Shown: positions 47,972 to 57,736 of the stretch, piece by piece
Position numbering within the stretch: position 1 is the first letter of the stretch
How the letters are laid out: every line of letters starts with the position of its first letter
Assembly: GCF_044647545.1 (NCBI RefSeq)
Contig: NZ_CP172818.1
Source of the DNA: Escherichia coli
GTDB lineage: Bacteria; Pseudomonadota; Gammaproteobacteria; Enterobacterales; Enterobacteriaceae
Reading direction: 5' to 3' (one strand)
Length of the DNA stretch: 64,000 nucleotides
Notes under the pieces: generated by a model
Told to the model about the DNA's origin: nothing
Seen by the model: only the letters and a program-made list of their open reading frames with translations
Database searches by the model: none
Position numbers and translations under genes: made by a program

Positions 47972-48145
47972 ATGTCTCTCTATCAACACATGCTTGTTTT
48001 TTATGCGGTTATGGCAGCAATCGCATTTCTTATCACCTGGTTTCTTTCTCACGATAAGAAACGCATCCGTTTCTTAAGCGCCTTTCTGGTGGGGGCAACA
48101 TGGCCGATGAGTTTCCCGGTGGCGCTGTTGTTTTCACTGTTTTAA
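47972..48145 (+). CDS. ortT: Orphan membrane toxin OrtT (YdcX), 57 aa
   Basis: Internal ATG of track ORF 47897..48145 gives MSLYQHMLVFYAVMAAIAFLITWFLSHDKKRIRF…; in-frame ATG at 47924 is an alternative start. Confidence 0.7.
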   Translation: MSLYQHMLVFYAVMAAIAFLITWFLSHDKKRIRFLSAFLVGATWPMSFPVALLFSLF

Positions 48146-48230
48146 ATCTTACTCACTGGCTTGACGGCACCACGCAGACTTATATCATTTGGATGAATCG
48201 ATAAATTTCACAAGTGGCTAAGGAGAAAGT

Positions 48231-48464
48231 ATGTCGCATCTGGATGAAGTCATCGCGCGCGTGGATGCCGCGATTGAAGAGAGCGTCATTGCCCATATGA
48301 ACGAATTATTAATCGCCCTGAGCGATGACGCGGAGTTAAGTCGGGAAGATCGCTACACCCAGCAGCAGCGTTTGCGCACAGCGATCGCCCATCACGGTCG
48401 CAAGCATAAAGAAGATATGGAAGCGCGCCATGAACAGTTAACCAAAGGCGGCACCATCCTGTGA
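48231..48464 (+). CDS. ydcY: DUF2526 family small protein
   Basis: 77-aa ORF (MSHLDEVIARVDAAIEESV…). Confidence 0.7.
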   Translation: MSHLDEVIARVDAAIEESVIAHMNELLIALSDDAELSREDRYTQQQRLRTAIAHHGRKHKEDMEARHEQLTKGGTIL

Positions 48465-48914
48465 TTAAAATGAGCGTCTGGCTACCAACCAGGCGCCAAC
48501 CACAAGTAAAATTGCGCCACAAATTGGGCCGAACAACGCCCGTAGTGGTACGCCATGACTGCGAAAGATATCCAGCACCAGACCGCCAATCAGCTGGCTG
48601 GCGACCAGTACTGCAATAGTTGTCGCCGCTCCCACATTCTGATATCCGCTGATACTGGCGAAGACAAAAAACGATCCCAGCAAGCCAGGTATAAGTGTCC
48701 ACCAGCGCACGCTGGACACCAGTTCGCCAAACCCCGCCATACCTTGTTTAAACCATAAAATAGAAACAAAGAGCACAATCCCCACCAGTGAGTTCAGCAA
48801 CATGGCGATGAGAATGGTAGAGGAGGTCTGGGTGATGCGCACCATCAGCGTGTTCTGGACTACCAGACCAATTCCGGCGGCAATCAAAAAAGCAAGGGTG
48901 AGCGACTGATTCAT
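48465..48914 (-). CDS. ydcZ: DMT-superfamily inner-membrane protein
   Basis: 149-aa hydrophobic ORF; 4-bp overlap with mnaT. Confidence 0.75.
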   Translation of the reverse strand: MNQSLTLAFLIAAGIGLVVQNTLMVRITQTSSTILIAMLLNSLVGIVLFVSILWFKQGMAGFGELVSSVRWWTLIPGLLGSFFVFASISGYQNVGAATTIAVLVASQLIGGLVLDIFRSHGVPLRALFGPICGAILLVVGAWLVARRSF

Positions 48915-49429
48915 CCAATCGCGTCCGGTTCAGTGCGCTCGTCGAGTTGCAACTGCATAAATGTCAGATCCAGCCAGCGCCCAAATTTAGTGCCCACCTG
49001 CGGCATTTGTGCGGTGATGACAAATCCCAGCGACTGGTGGAGATGCAGCGAAGCCTGATTTTGCGATTCGATCCCGGCGACCATGACATGCTTCCCGCAA
49101 TCCCGCGCTTCATCAATCAATCGGCTTAACAATTTACGCCCCAGACCTTTGCCCTGATGATCGGGATGGACATAAACCGAATGTTCCACGGTATGGCGAA
49201 AACCATCGAAACTACGCCAGTCGCCAAACGAGGCATATCCCGTCACTACGCCATCTTGTTCACTTACCAGCACTGGATAACCAGCTAAAGTCCGCGCTTC
49301 AAACCAGGCAATGCGATTATCTGCATCCACCGTTTGGTCATTCCAGATAGCCGCCGTATACAACACGGCGTGGTTATAAATTTCCGCAATGGCAGCACAG
49401 TCGGCTTTGCGGGCAAAACGGATGGACAT
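48911..49429 (-). CDS. mnaT: GNAT-family L-amino acid N-acyltransferase
   Basis: 172 aa from MSIRFARKADCAAIAEIYNHAV…; track ORF extends further upstream. Confidence 0.8.
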   Translation of the reverse strand: MSIRFARKADCAAIAEIYNHAVLYTAAIWNDQTVDADNRIAWFEARTLAGYPVLVSEQDGVVTGYASFGDWRSFDGFRHTVEHSVYVHPDHQGKGLGRKLLSRLIDEARDCGKHVMVAGIESQNQASLHLHQSLGFVITAQMPQVGTKFGRWLDLTFMQLQLDERTEPDAIG

Positions 49430-49609
49430 GTTTGGCCTCAATAAAATAATGATGATGACGTTATCAATACTATCGAAAACAGCCCGAAGCAACGGATTCC
49501 TCGATGAAATTATTGCGTGTTGCAGAGGGGATGTGACGGCTGCAAACAAAACCATTCCTGCGAGCCTGCTACTATTGATGGATTCATGCCAAAAGCACAG
49601 GAGAGCATT

Positions 49610-50647
49610 ATGGGGCAACAAAAGCAGCGTAACCGCCGTTGGGTTCTGGCCTCGCGTCCGCATGGCGCGCCGGTTCCGGAGAATTTCCGTCTTGAAGAAG
49701 ATGATGTCGCCACACCGGGTGAAGGACAGGTGTTACTGCGCACAGTTTATTTGTCCCTGGACCCGTATATGCGTGGACGTATGAGCGATGAGCCATCTTA
49801 TTCACCGCCTGTTGATATTGGCGGCGTTATGGTCGGCGGCACGGTGAGCCGTGTCGTGGAGTCGAATCATCCTGATTATCAGCCTGGCGACTGGGTACTG
49901 GGCTACAGTGGATGGCAGGACTATGACATATCCAGTGGTGATGAACTGGTGAAACTTGGCGATCATCCGCAAAATCCATCGTGGTCGCTGGGTGTGCTGG
50001 GGATGCCAGGCTTTACTGCTTATATGGGCCTACTGGATATCGGTCAGCCTAAAGAGGGCGAAACGCTGGTGGTTGCGGCGGCGACAGGACCAGTAGGGGC
50101 GACGGTGGGGCAAATCGGCAAACTTAAAGGTTGCAGAGTGGTGGGGGTAGCCGGTGGCGCGGAAAAATGCCGCCATGCTACCGAGGTGTTAGGCTTCGAT
50201 GTTTGCCTTGATCACCACGCGGACGATTTTGCCGAACAACTGGCGAAAGCGTGCCCAAAAGGTATTGATATCTATTATGAAAACGTGGGCGGTAAGGTAT
50301 TTGATGCAGTGCTACCATTACTTAATACATCTGCGCGCATTCCCGTTTGTGGCTTAGTGAGCAGCTATAACGATACAGAGCTACCACCCGGTCCGGATCG
50401 TTTACCCCTGTTGATGGCAACGGTGCTGAAAAAACGCATTCGCTTGCAAGGGTTTATTATTAGTCAGGATTATGGTCACCGCATCCATGAGTTTCAGCAA
50501 GAGATGGGGCAGTGGGTAAAAGAGGGAAAAATTCACTATCGTGAACAAGTTACCAACGGTTTGGAGAACGCCCCACAGACGTTTATTGGCCTGCTGAACG
50601 GCAAAAACTTCGGTAAAGTTGTTATTCGCGTCGCGGGTGATGACTAA
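49610..50647 (+). CDS. curA: NADPH-dependent curcumin/enone reductase (medium-chain dehydrogenase family)
   Basis: 345 aa from MGQQKQRNRRWVLAS… behind an AGGAGAG site; Rossmann motif AAATGPVGATVGQ. Confidence 0.85.
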   Translation: MGQQKQRNRRWVLASRPHGAPVPENFRLEEDDVATPGEGQVLLRTVYLSLDPYMRGRMSDEPSYSPPVDIGGVMVGGTVSRVVESNHPDYQPGDWVLGYSGWQDYDISSGDELVKLGDHPQNPSWSLGVLGMPGFTAYMGLLDIGQPKEGETLVVAAATGPVGATVGQIGKLKGCRVVGVAGGAEKCRHATEVLGFDVCLDHHADDFAEQLAKACPKGIDIYYENVGGKVFDAVLPLLNTSARIPVCGLVSSYNDTELPPGPDRLPLLMATVLKKRIRLQGFIISQDYGHRIHEFQQEMGQWVKEGKIHYREQVTNGLENAPQTFIGLLNGKNFGKVVIRVAGDD

Positions 50648-50845
50648 AGATACGACGGCGGCGTAAAGCCGCCACAAAAATCCAGGCAAAAATCTTATTT
50701 CCAGCTTTAATTAACTAACTACATCACTGTTCGACGGCTAATAACAATAAAGATGAGTGGATAATGATTATTCAGCTTCATACGCCAGGTAAACAACTTC
50801 TGCTATACCGGCAGAGTTAGAACGAATACACGTGAAGGAAATAAC

Positions 50846-51511
50846 ATGCCTGGAACGGAAAAAATACCGCATATCAGTTTGACTATGCAGGTTGAGAACG
50901 ACCTGAAACATCAGCTTAGTATTGGCGCATTAAAACCTGGCGCACGCCTGATTACTAAAAATCTGGCGGAGCAATTAGGTATGAGTATTACACCCGTGCG
51001 TGAAGCATTATTACGTCTGGTTTCGGTGAATGCGCTTTCTGTCGCACCAGCGCAAGCATTTACAGTTCCGGAAGTGGGGAAACGTCAATTAGACGAAATC
51101 AATCGGATTCGCTACGAACTGGAATTAATGGCAGTTACTCTGGCTGTTGAAAACCTCACCCCGCAAGACCTGGCGGAACTAGAGGAATTGCTCGAGAAAT
51201 TACAGCAGGCGCAAGAAAAGGGCGACATGGAACAAATCATTAATGCGAACAGGCTATTTCGCTTAGCGATTTATCATCGTTCAAATATGCCCATCCTGTG
51301 TGAAATGATTGAGCAACTGTGGATCAGGATGGGACCTGGTTTACATTATCTTTATGAAGCGATTAACCCAGCGGAATTACGTGAGCGTATAGAAAGCTAT
51401 CATGAACTACTCGCCGCGTTAAAAGTAAAAGACAAAGAGGGATGCAGTCATTGTCTTGCTGAAATTATGCAAAAAAACGTTGCTATGTTATACCAGCAAT
51501 ATAATCGTTAA
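50846..51511 (+). CDS. mcbR: GntR/FadR-family transcriptional regulator
   Basis: 221-aa ORF with N-terminal GntR helix-turn-helix and FadR-type helical C-terminal domain. Confidence 0.8.
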   Translation: MPGTEKIPHISLTMQVENDLKHQLSIGALKPGARLITKNLAEQLGMSITPVREALLRLVSVNALSVAPAQAFTVPEVGKRQLDEINRIRYELELMAVTLAVENLTPQDLAELEELLEKLQQAQEKGDMEQIINANRLFRLAIYHRSNMPILCEMIEQLWIRMGPGLHYLYEAINPAELRERIESYHELLAALKVKDKEGCSHCLAEIMQKNVAMLYQQYNR

Positions 51512-51517
51512 AGTAAG

Positions 51518-51537
51518 TGCCCGGCAAATACCGGGCA
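51518..51537. terminator. Bidirectional hairpin between convergent mcbR and yncD
   Basis: Stem TGCCCGG / CCGGGCA with loop CAAATA. Confidence 0.5.
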
Positions 51538-51546
51538 TCAAGGTAA

Positions 51547-53649
51547 TCACTCAAATCGCCACGCAACATTCACGCCGATACCATAATTTCGTCCGGGCGC
51601 AGGTTCGTAATATCGCCCGTTTGACTCATTGACAATGACAGAACCAACGTATTCTTTATCGAATAAATTATCGACACGACCAAATAAATCCACGGTTAAA
51701 TTGTGGTAATTGTATTTATACCCGGTGAATAAGCCGACGAGTGTATAAGACGGCGCTTTTGCCGTATTTTCATCATCTGCCATAATATCGCCCATATAAC
51801 GCGCTTCCGTGCCTGCATACCAACCATCTTCCGGTATATAACCTATCGACGCAAAGCCCATATTACGGGCGATCCCTGGCATCCGGTTACCGTTACAATC
51901 CTGTTCATTGCAAACATTGCTGCGATAGGTCGCATCAAGCCAGGTCCAGGACGCTTTTACGCGAAAATCTCCCGCGAAACGTTGATCCCATGCCAGTTCA
52001 GCGCCTTGACGACGGGTCTTTCCGGCATTTTTGTAAGTCGTACGCCCACCGCTACTGCTATCGACAACAATTTCATCATCGGTGTCGGTCTGGAACAATG
52101 CGAGACTAAGCAGCCCATCACCAATACGCGTTTTACTGCCGATCTCAATTGTATCGTTGGTGGAGGGTTTTAACCCAAAGTTCATACCGCTTTGTCCATC
52201 AGCACGATAAGACAGCTCATTAATCGTCGGCGTTTCAAAACCTCGCCCGGCTGCCAGATAGATATTCCAGGCATCGGTCATTGCATATTTTAACGAACCG
52301 GCAGGTAGCCATTTGTGATAACTGGCATCACCGCTGTCATCGCCGTTACCCGGAGTAACGTAATGGTCGTTGGAATCAAACCACACGGAGCTGTAGCGCA
52401 CGCCAGCATCCAGCGACAGTTTTTCGCTCAGCTGCCACTGCGTCTGTAAATAGGGATCGACGTTCCACATCAGATTGCGTTCGTCGCGGCGCAACTCACC
52501 TTTTTGCCCGTATTCCGGCACGCCGCTATTCAGGCGGAAGTTATTGTAGCCCTTGCGGTTTTCACTCATGTTTTCGTAGTTCAGGCCGGTAGTGAACGTG
52601 AGCGGAACGCCCAGTTCACCACGGTGTGTCCAGCGGCTGTCTATCCCCTGATAATGGCGTTGCAGAGTAATCACGCCGCCCGCATGTGACGGGTTAAGTT
52701 GGGGAGCCATCGGGATTGACTGGTACTGGGTCGTTTCTCGCTCCCCGGCATACATCATCACACTCATCTCATCCCGCGAACTCAGGCTACGCTCATAGCG
52801 CAACCCAGCCTGAGTTTGCTTGATGGTTTTTCGCGTGTCGTACTGTTCAGCGCGTGGCGCTTGTTGCGGATTCGCCTTCCATTCTGCTTCGGTTAGCCCA
52901 CCTGGGTCATCTGCTTTGATATCCACACTATTGAAAATCAGGCTTAATTTGCTGGCGTCATCAATGCGTACGCCCAGTTTGGCATTGGCTAAATTTTTCT
53001 GTGCGCCACTATGGTCACGATAGCCGTGGGTCGTAAAACGCGTGGTTGAGACGGTGTAATCGACATCGCCAGGCTGTGTGCCGTCGCCCGTTGCGCCTGT
53101 TGCTTTCAGCCCATAGCGCCAGCTGCCAAAACTGCCGTAGTAACTACTGGCTTCAATGGTTGGTGGCTGTTGTCCGGTCTGGGTGATGACATTCATTACA
53201 CCGCCAGACGCGTTGCCATACAGAGCAGAGAAGGGGCCACGCAGCACTTCCACATTTTGCACACTGCTTAAATCGATGTTGGATGTTTGCCCTTGCCCGT
53301 CGGGCATGGTGGCGGGAATACCGTCCACATACAGGCGAATACCGCGAATTCCGTAAGTGGAGCGGGAGCCAAATCCGCGAATCGACAGCTGTAAATCTTG
53401 CGCATAGTTCTGCCGGTTTTGTACCTGCAAACCAGGCACGCCAGTCAGTGATTCAGACAAGTTAATGCGCGGTGTTGCCAGGCGCATCTCCTCGCCATCC
53501 ACCACGCTCACGGCTGCTGGGGTATCCAGTTCTGAAATCACCTGCGGCGCGGCACTGACAATCATGGTCTGTTCATCAGCGGCAAAAACAACGGGGGAAA
53601 GGACAAGCAGTGCGGGCAAAACGGTCTGTCGGACGGAAAAAATCTTCAT
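51547..53649 (-). CDS. yncD: TonB-dependent outer-membrane receptor
   Basis: 700-aa ORF with signal peptide, plug domain and C-terminal barrel ending in aromatic F. Confidence 0.85.
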   Translation of the reverse strand: MKIFSVRQTVLPALLVLSPVVFAADEQTMIVSAAPQVISELDTPAAVSVVDGEEMRLATPRINLSESLTGVPGLQVQNRQNYAQDLQLSIRGFGSRSTYGIRGIRLYVDGIPATMPDGQGQTSNIDLSSVQNVEVLRGPFSALYGNASGGVMNVITQTGQQPPTIEASSYYGSFGSWRYGLKATGATGDGTQPGDVDYTVSTTRFTTHGYRDHSGAQKNLANAKLGVRIDDASKLSLIFNSVDIKADDPGGLTEAEWKANPQQAPRAEQYDTRKTIKQTQAGLRYERSLSSRDEMSVMMYAGERETTQYQSIPMAPQLNPSHAGGVITLQRHYQGIDSRWTHRGELGVPLTFTTGLNYENMSENRKGYNNFRLNSGVPEYGQKGELRRDERNLMWNVDPYLQTQWQLSEKLSLDAGVRYSSVWFDSNDHYVTPGNGDDSGDASYHKWLPAGSLKYAMTDAWNIYLAAGRGFETPTINELSYRADGQSGMNFGLKPSTNDTIEIGSKTRIGDGLLSLALFQTDTDDEIVVDSSSGGRTTYKNAGKTRRQGAELAWDQRFAGDFRVKASWTWLDATYRSNVCNEQDCNGNRMPGIARNMGFASIGYIPEDGWYAGTEARYMGDIMADDENTAKAPSYTLVGLFTGYKYNYHNLTVDLFGRVDNLFDKEYVGSVIVNESNGRYYEPAPGRNYGIGVNVAWRFE

Positions 53650-53783
53650 GAAAAAAGCCAGGTTAAGAATGGGAAAACGCCGTCATGGTAATAAAATTGT
53701 AAATTTATGGAAAACGAAACGGCACGATACGTTAAGTAATTGAGAAAATTGTAGTCGTAACGGCAAGAAATGCTCCACATTTG

Positions 53784-53802
53784 ATAAAATAATGATTACC
53801 AT
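53784..53802. promoter_or_regulatory. Putative Fur box in the yncD/yncE divergent region
   Basis: GATAAAATAATGATTACCA resembles the Fur consensus GATAATGATAATCATTATC; a second partial match AACGATGATTACG lies about 25 bp downstream. Confidence 0.5.
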
Positions 53803-53890
53803 TCCCATTTATAACAAAAGCGTAACGATGATTACGCTTAGCGAAGCATTGTGAAGCAGCAAAAATATCGGTTCATCAAAGGGAGTCGTC

Positions 53891-54952
53891 ATGCATTTAC
53901 GTCATCTGTTTTCATCGCGCCTGCGTGGTTCATTACTGTTAGGTTCATTGCTTGTTGCTTCATCATTCAGTACGCAGGCCGCAGAAGAAATGCTGCGTAA
54001 AGCGGTAGGTAAAGGTGCCTACGAAATGGCTTATAGCCAGCAAGAAAACGCGCTGTGGCTCGCCACTTCGCAAAGCCGCAAAGTGGATAAAGGCGGCGTG
54101 GTTTATCGTCTTGATCCGGTTACTCTGGAAGTGACGCAGGCGATCCATAACGATCTCAAGCCGTTTGGTGCCACCATCAATAACACGACTCAGACGTTGT
54201 GGTTTGGTAACACTGTAAACAGCGCGGTCACGGCGATAGATGCCAAAACGGGCGAAGTGAAAGGCCGTCTGGTGCTGGATGATCGTAAGCGCACGGAAGA
54301 GGTGCGCCCGCTTCAACCGCGTGAGCTGGTAGCTGATGATGCCACGAACACCGTTTACATCACTGGTATTGGTAAAGAGAGCGTGATTTGGGTCGTTGAT
54401 GGCGAGAATATCAAACTGAAAACCGCCATCCAGAACACCGGTAAAATGAGTACCGGTTTAGCGCTGGATAGCAAAGGCAAACGTCTTTACACCACTAACG
54501 CTGACGGCGAATTGATTACCATCGACACCGCCGACAATAAAATCCTCAGCCGTAAAAAGCTGCTGGATGACGACAAAGAGCACTTCTTTATCAACATCAG
54601 CCTTGATACCACCAATCAGCGTGCATTTATCACCGATTCTAAAGCGGCAGAAGTGTTAGTGGTTGATACCCGTAATGGCAATATTCTTGCGAAGGTTGCG
54701 GCACCGGAATCACTGGCTGTGCTGTTTAACCCAGCGCGTAATGAAGCCTACGTGACGCATCGTCAGGCAGGTAAAGTCAGTGTGATTGACGCGAAAAGCT
54801 ATAAAGTGGTGAAAACGTTCGATACGCCGACTCATCCGAACAGCCTGGCGCTGTCTGCCGATGGCAAAACGCTGTATGTCAGTGTGAAACAAAAATCCAC
54901 TAAACAGCAGGAAGCTACCCAGCCGGACGATGTGATTCGTATTGCGCTGTAA
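53891..54952 (+). CDS. yncE: Periplasmic seven-bladed beta-propeller protein YncE
   Basis: 353-aa ORF with signal peptide (…SSFSTQAAEE) and repeating propeller blades. Confidence 0.8.
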   Translation: MHLRHLFSSRLRGSLLLGSLLVASSFSTQAAEEMLRKAVGKGAYEMAYSQQENALWLATSQSRKVDKGGVVYRLDPVTLEVTQAIHNDLKPFGATINNTTQTLWFGNTVNSAVTAIDAKTGEVKGRLVLDDRKRTEEVRPLQPRELVADDATNTVYITGIGKESVIWVVDGENIKLKTAIQNTGKMSTGLALDSKGKRLYTTNADGELITIDTADNKILSRKKLLDDDKEHFFINISLDTTNQRAFITDSKAAEVLVVDTRNGNILAKVAAPESLAVLFNPARNEAYVTHRQAGKVSVIDAKSYKVVKTFDTPTHPNSLALSADGKTLYVSVKQKSTKQQEATQPDDVIRIAL

Positions 54953-55033
54953 TAGATATGGCGAGGGTGAAAACGGAGAGACTTGCCTGACTTTTATCAC
55001 GCCGTATCCGGCACCTTCGTCAGTAATTTGAAT

Positions 55034-55060
55034 TTGCCCGGCACGCAGCCGGGCAATTTT
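55034..55060 (+). terminator. Rho-independent terminator after yncE
   Basis: Stem GCCCGG / CCGGGC followed by AATTTT. Confidence 0.5.
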
Positions 55061-55064
55061 GCAA

Positions 55065-56564
55065 TTAACTCGCCGTTTCAGGTTTAAACACAATTTCCTG
55101 TTTTTCTTCATCTTCCTCGACGACTGGCGCAGTGCTGTGAATTTCAGCAACGCGTTTGCGCACACCAAACCAGCCTATAACCAGCAGAATACCGATAATC
55201 GGCAGCGCCGCGATAGTATAAGTCCCGTTCGGGTAATCGAACGCCATCAGCACCAGAACACTCAGTAAAAACAGTAATGTCAGCCAGGAAGTGAAGGGCG
55301 CGCCAGGCAGTTTAAAACTGACATCCGCTGCTTTGCCTTCTTTAATCGCTTTACGCAGGCGCATCTGGCACACGATGATAAACGCCCATGAAGCGATGAT
55401 TCCCAGCGACGCGAAGTTCAACACAATCTCAAATACGCGCGACGGCACCAGATAGTTGAGGAATACGCCGACGACATACACAACCAGTGTCGCCAGAATC
55501 CCGGCATACGGCACATGCTGACGACTCATTTTCGCCATAAAACTCGGTGCGGAACCGCCCATCGCCATTGAGCGCAGAATGCGTCCGGTGCAGTACAGAC
55601 CTGAATTCAGGCTGGAGAGGGCAGCGGTCAGCACCACAATGTTCATAATGCTGCCGATATATGGCACACCCAGTTTAGAGAAAAACGTCACGAACGGACT
55701 TTGCCCCGCCTGATACGCGCTCCACGGCAATAACATAACCAGCAACACCACGGAGCCGACGTAAAACAGGCCAATACGCCAAATCACACTGTTAATGGCT
55801 TTAGGCACCATGGTCTGCGGATCTTTACATTCTCCGGCAGCTGTCCCCACCATTTCAATGGAGGCAAAAGCAAACACTACGCCCTGAATCAACACCAGCG
55901 CAGGCAGCAAACCGTGGGGGAAGAAGCCGCCATTATCGGTGATTAAATGAAAGCCAGTGGTGTTGCCATCCAGCGGCTGACCACTACCGAGGAACACTGT
56001 ACCCACGACCAAAAAGGTCACAATGGCGAGCACTTTAATAAGCGCAAACCAGAACTCCATCTCCGCAAACCATTTCACACCGATCATATTCATGGTGCCA
56101 ACGATGGTAAGTGCAGCGAGCGCAAAGACCCACTGCGGCACGCCGCCAAACGCACCCCAGTAATGCATATACAGAGCGACGGCGGTAATATCAACAATCC
56201 CCGTCATCGCCCAGTTGATGAAGTACATCCAGCCAGCAACATAAGCGGCTTTCTCACCCAAAAACTCACGGGCATAAGAGACAAAACTGCCACTGGAAGG
56301 GCGGTGTAGCACCAGCTCACCCAATGCACGCAGAATAAAAAACGAAAACAAGCCACAAATTAAATAAACCAGTGCCAGTGCTGGACCCGCCATTTGCAGT
56401 CGGGCTCCTGCACCTAAAAACAAGCCGGTGCCAATCGCGCCGCCAATGGCGATCATCTGTACCTGGCGATTGCCCATCGCTTTGTGATACCCCTCTTCGT
56501 GGGCATTAAGCCAGCGGCGTTTCGCGGCGTGTTGATCTGAAGTGTCGGTGTCGTGTTTACTCAT
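55065..56564 (-). CDS. ansP: L-asparagine permease (amino acid-polyamine-organocation family)
   Basis: 499 aa from MSKHDTDTSDQHAAKRRWLNAHEEGYHKAMGNRQVQMIAIGGAIGTGLFLG…; 12 predicted transmembrane segments. Confidence 0.9.
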   Translation of the reverse strand: MSKHDTDTSDQHAAKRRWLNAHEEGYHKAMGNRQVQMIAIGGAIGTGLFLGAGARLQMAGPALALVYLICGLFSFFILRALGELVLHRPSSGSFVSYAREFLGEKAAYVAGWMYFINWAMTGIVDITAVALYMHYWGAFGGVPQWVFALAALTIVGTMNMIGVKWFAEMEFWFALIKVLAIVTFLVVGTVFLGSGQPLDGNTTGFHLITDNGGFFPHGLLPALVLIQGVVFAFASIEMVGTAAGECKDPQTMVPKAINSVIWRIGLFYVGSVVLLVMLLPWSAYQAGQSPFVTFFSKLGVPYIGSIMNIVVLTAALSSLNSGLYCTGRILRSMAMGGSAPSFMAKMSRQHVPYAGILATLVVYVVGVFLNYLVPSRVFEIVLNFASLGIIASWAFIIVCQMRLRKAIKEGKAADVSFKLPGAPFTSWLTLLFLLSVLVLMAFDYPNGTYTIAALPIIGILLVIGWFGVRKRVAEIHSTAPVVEEDEEKQEIVFKPETAS

Positions 56565-56830
56565 TGCTCTCCCTGATTGCTTTAATGAAAAAGTCATATA
56601 AGTTGCCATGAACAATGTTTATTCATCCTGGCGATGATAGTTATCACCATTATTCTTTATGGGTATAAAACTATCGGCGCAGCATCCTACCCGTTATCGA
56701 TAAACGATGCAAAACATCCCCTTACAATCCTGAAGGGGAATAATACAACTGACGAAAAAATGACAAATCCTTTTGCTGGTTAACCTGTGTACTGTCCTAC
56801 ACTTAATCTTTAAAAGATTGTGAGGGGCAT

Positions 56831-57448
56831 ATGATTAAGGTGTATGGCGTACCCGGATGGGGCTCTACAATCAGTGAGCTGATGCTAACACTGGCTGATA
56901 TTCCTTATCAGTTCTTTGATGTCAGTGGTTTTGACCACGAGGGAACTTCACGCGAGTTATTGAAAACCCTGAACCCGTTGTGTCAGATTCCGACACTGGC
57001 GCTGGAAAATGACGAGATTATGACGGAGACAGCGGCGATTGCATTGATGGTTCTCGATCGTCGCCCGGACCTTGCGCCACCGGTTGGGCGCGCCGAACGT
57101 CAGCAGTTTCAACGGCTATTGGTCTGGCTGGTTGCTAATGTCTATCCAACATTCACTTTCGCCGATTACCCTGAGCGTTGGGCTCCTGACGCACCTGAAC
57201 AGTTAAAGAAGAATGTTATTGAATATCGAAAATCGCTTTATATCTGGTTGAATTCGCAGCTCACTGCTGAACCTTATGCGTTTGGTGAGCAACTAACGCT
57301 GGTGGACTGTTATCTTTGCACTATGCGCACATGGGGGCCTGGGCATGAATGGTTTCAGGATAATGCCACGAATATCAGTGCGATTGCTGATGCTGTATGT
57401 CAGTTACCGAAATTACAAGAAGTATTAAAAAGGAATGAAATTATTTGA
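56831..57448 (+). CDS. yncG: Glutathione S-transferase-like protein
   Basis: 205-aa ORF with thioredoxin-like N-terminus. Confidence 0.8.
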   Translation: MIKVYGVPGWGSTISELMLTLADIPYQFFDVSGFDHEGTSRELLKTLNPLCQIPTLALENDEIMTETAAIALMVLDRRPDLAPPVGRAERQQFQRLLVWLVANVYPTFTFADYPERWAPDAPEQLKKNVIEYRKSLYIWLNSQLTAEPYAFGEQLTLVDCYLCTMRTWGPGHEWFQDNATNISAIADAVCQLPKLQEVLKRNEII

Positions 57449-57523
57449 GTGGGATACCAGAAGATTATGTTATTTATTATTCAGTAACTTTATCCACAAT
57501 GATGGGCGTAATTAATTAAATTC

Positions 57524-57736
57524 ATGTTATGTTTTTTAATTTATATCACTCTCCCTTTCATTCAGCTTGTCTATTTCATTTCCTCTGAAAAGAAACTAAC
57601 TATTCACATTGTGCAGATGTTTCAGTTGTTATCACAGGTATTCTATAATCTCAAAATGTTTTTAATGATGGATATGCTCGGAGTTGGAGATGCAATTAAT
57701 ATTAATACAAATAAAAATATCCGGCAGGTATGCTAA
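57524..57736 (+). CDS. yncH: Small hydrophobic protein YncH (70 aa) in AT-rich DNA
   Basis: ATG-start ORF MLCFLIYITLPFIQLVYFISSEKK… in strongly AT-rich sequence; coding status uncertain. Confidence 0.5.
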   Translation: MLCFLIYITLPFIQLVYFISSEKKLTIHIVQMFQLLSQVFYNLKMFLMMDMLGVGDAININTNKNIRQVC

